DNA of 64,000 nucleotides, from positions 84,508,001-84,572,000 of the forward strand of contig OZ076409.1 of the NCBI GenBank assembly GCA_964187785.1. The letters run 5' to 3'. Origin of the DNA: Amphiscolops sp. MND2022. Lineage: Eukaryota. Numbering within the stretch: the first letter of the stretch is position 1; each line of letters begins with the position of its first letter. Shown piece by piece: positions 62,496 to 64,000 of the stretch. The position numbers and the translations under genes are program-made. The notes under the pieces were generated by a model. It did no database searches. It saw only the letters and a list, made by a program, of their open reading frames with translations, and was not told where the DNA came from.

Positions 62496-64000
62496 TCATT
62501 TCTTTGAACTAGTGGCGCTACTCGACTGTTTCTTTGATGTTTTCTTTGCACTCTTTGATGACGATACACTACTACCACCATCCTTGGACGACTCTGCACG
62601 GGGACGCTTAGAAGACGTTTTCGAAGGAGAACTCATAGAGGGAGCTGAGACCCCACCTGCTCCACGACCACAAGACGACGACGAGAACACATTGACATCA
62701 ACAGCACCACGATGCACGCGCTGATTGGCTGCCCGGAATCGCTGATATGATTCCTCTTTCCGACGATCAATGTGCGCCTTGAACAATTCACTGTAACGTT
62801 GGATGAACTCAGCACGGTCACCCACACACAAACGATTCCAGGGATCAAAATTGGAAGAGGACATGAACTCCCGAGTCCCAGAAATAGCATCACGCACACA
62901 ATCCATAGTGTGTTGACTAAAGAAAACACCCAATTTAAAATCCGGGTTTCGCACGTAACTTTGCACACCTCGGAGACAAGATGAAATCATGGAGGCAGGT
63001 ACAGAACAGTCTTTCAAGGAGATATTCACCTCAGGATAATCCATCGCAGGACGCCGCATGACCAAACAACACAACTTCAGGATCTTACACAAGTCCTTTC
63101 GAGCCAGGAAACTATAATCAGCCAAGAAGTAGCTCATCACATCCACAATAGACTCAGCACTCCTCTCAGATTCAGCATGACGACGTCGAGCGTCCACAAC
63201 GAAGGTCACGAATTCCTCAGATCCAGATTTAGCCTCCTCACTACTCAAAGCACCACTACGTTCCAGCACTCGCACTAACTTGCTGAACAGGCGGAAGATG
63301 TAACGGTCATCCCCCTCTAATAGAAGCTCTGGACAGAATGAATAAGCACCTTGCAAGAAATCAGATGACACAAGATTTGATTCTAAAAGTACGTCCACTA
63401 AACGGTCCATGAATTCTCGACAACGATTTCGAAACTCCTGCATCTCGCCAGTCTTCCCTCGTTGCAACTCTTCGCCGAAATCGTGACTCAACAAGAAGTC
63501 GGCAGTGTCGATCTTCTTAAAAGCCTCGATCTTGGAGACATCCATATAGGCTTCCCAGTCGTGAAGCTCAGGCAAACTAGAAATCTGACGTGTACGGGAA
63601 AGCAGGCAGTACACAAATTGGCATATCTCCATGTAACAATGGAAGCCATAGTCCTCACGACCAGACAACTGCTTCTTGAAGGTACAACGATCTAAACAAC
63701 AAACCATTGCAATACCTACCTAACTATGGGAGATACGACAACAAGACGACGTCCACTTACAGAGATCGAGCACGTGCACGAGAAGTCCGAGGCGCAATCG
63801 ATTCGTATTATCGCAGTAGATTTGACTGTCAGTCCCCCGCATCTAAAACAGAACAACAGGAATATACTAATCTACTAACTAATCCCATGAACTACCCTAC
63901 CCAGAGGGTAGGAAGAAGGACAACATTACACAAGTAAAAACCCGAACCAACAATACTAACCATATCGGTTTCAACCTTGATATGTCGCGGTCCAGTATAG
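62496..64000 (-). CDS. Antisense accessory gene of element 3, 3' part (exons 64000-63961 partial, 63842-63761, 63691-62496)
   Basis: Introns 63843-63960 (GTTAGT..TTTTAG, phase 0) and 63692-63760 (GTAAGT..GTTTAG, phase 1). The visible part is stop-free and homologous to element 1 exons 3-5 (e.g. EEFVTFVVD / DEYVGFIDD, ILKLCCL / FRLSCMCL, DPW). Confidence 0.85.

Larger units (their letters stand above)
53795..64000 (+). mobile_element. Ty3/Gypsy-type LTR retrotransposon (element 3), divergent relative of element 1, truncated by the window end
   Basis: gag, pol, PBS, slippery site and antisense gene appear in the same order as in element 1. The left boundary is inferred. Confidence 0.9.

Overview
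AT-rich eukaryotic genomic DNA (probably an invertebrate animal; species not determinable here) dominated by transposable elements, with a 200-N assembly gap and no host protein-coding gene that I can support. Three related Ty3/Gypsy-type LTR retrotransposons are present. Element 1 (3883-19008, minus strand) is complete at 15.1 kb, with 1531-bp LTRs, a CTGGA target-site duplication, PBS and PPT. Element 2 (~23520-31022, plus) is decayed and internally deleted. Element 3 (~53795 to beyond the window end, plus) is a divergent relative. All three carry, downstream of pol and antisense to it, a homologous accessory gene. In element 1 it reconstructs as a 5-exon gene of ~1100 aa with GT-AG introns; the last two intron positions, their phases and an 82-nt exon are conserved in element 3. 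By eye, the protein resembles a catalytically altered hAT-type DNA transposase with an N-terminal zinc finger. Other unusual traits: gag starts inside the 5' LTR and reads through the PBS, an extra sense ORF runs through the PPT into the 3' LTR, the LTRs share a TATA-N16-CTCAGGGAC core, and gag-pol is joined by an A-AAA-AAC -1 frameshift site. Two families of DINE-1/HINE-like (Helentron-type) non-autonomous elements are also present. All homology calls are by eye; no searches were run.
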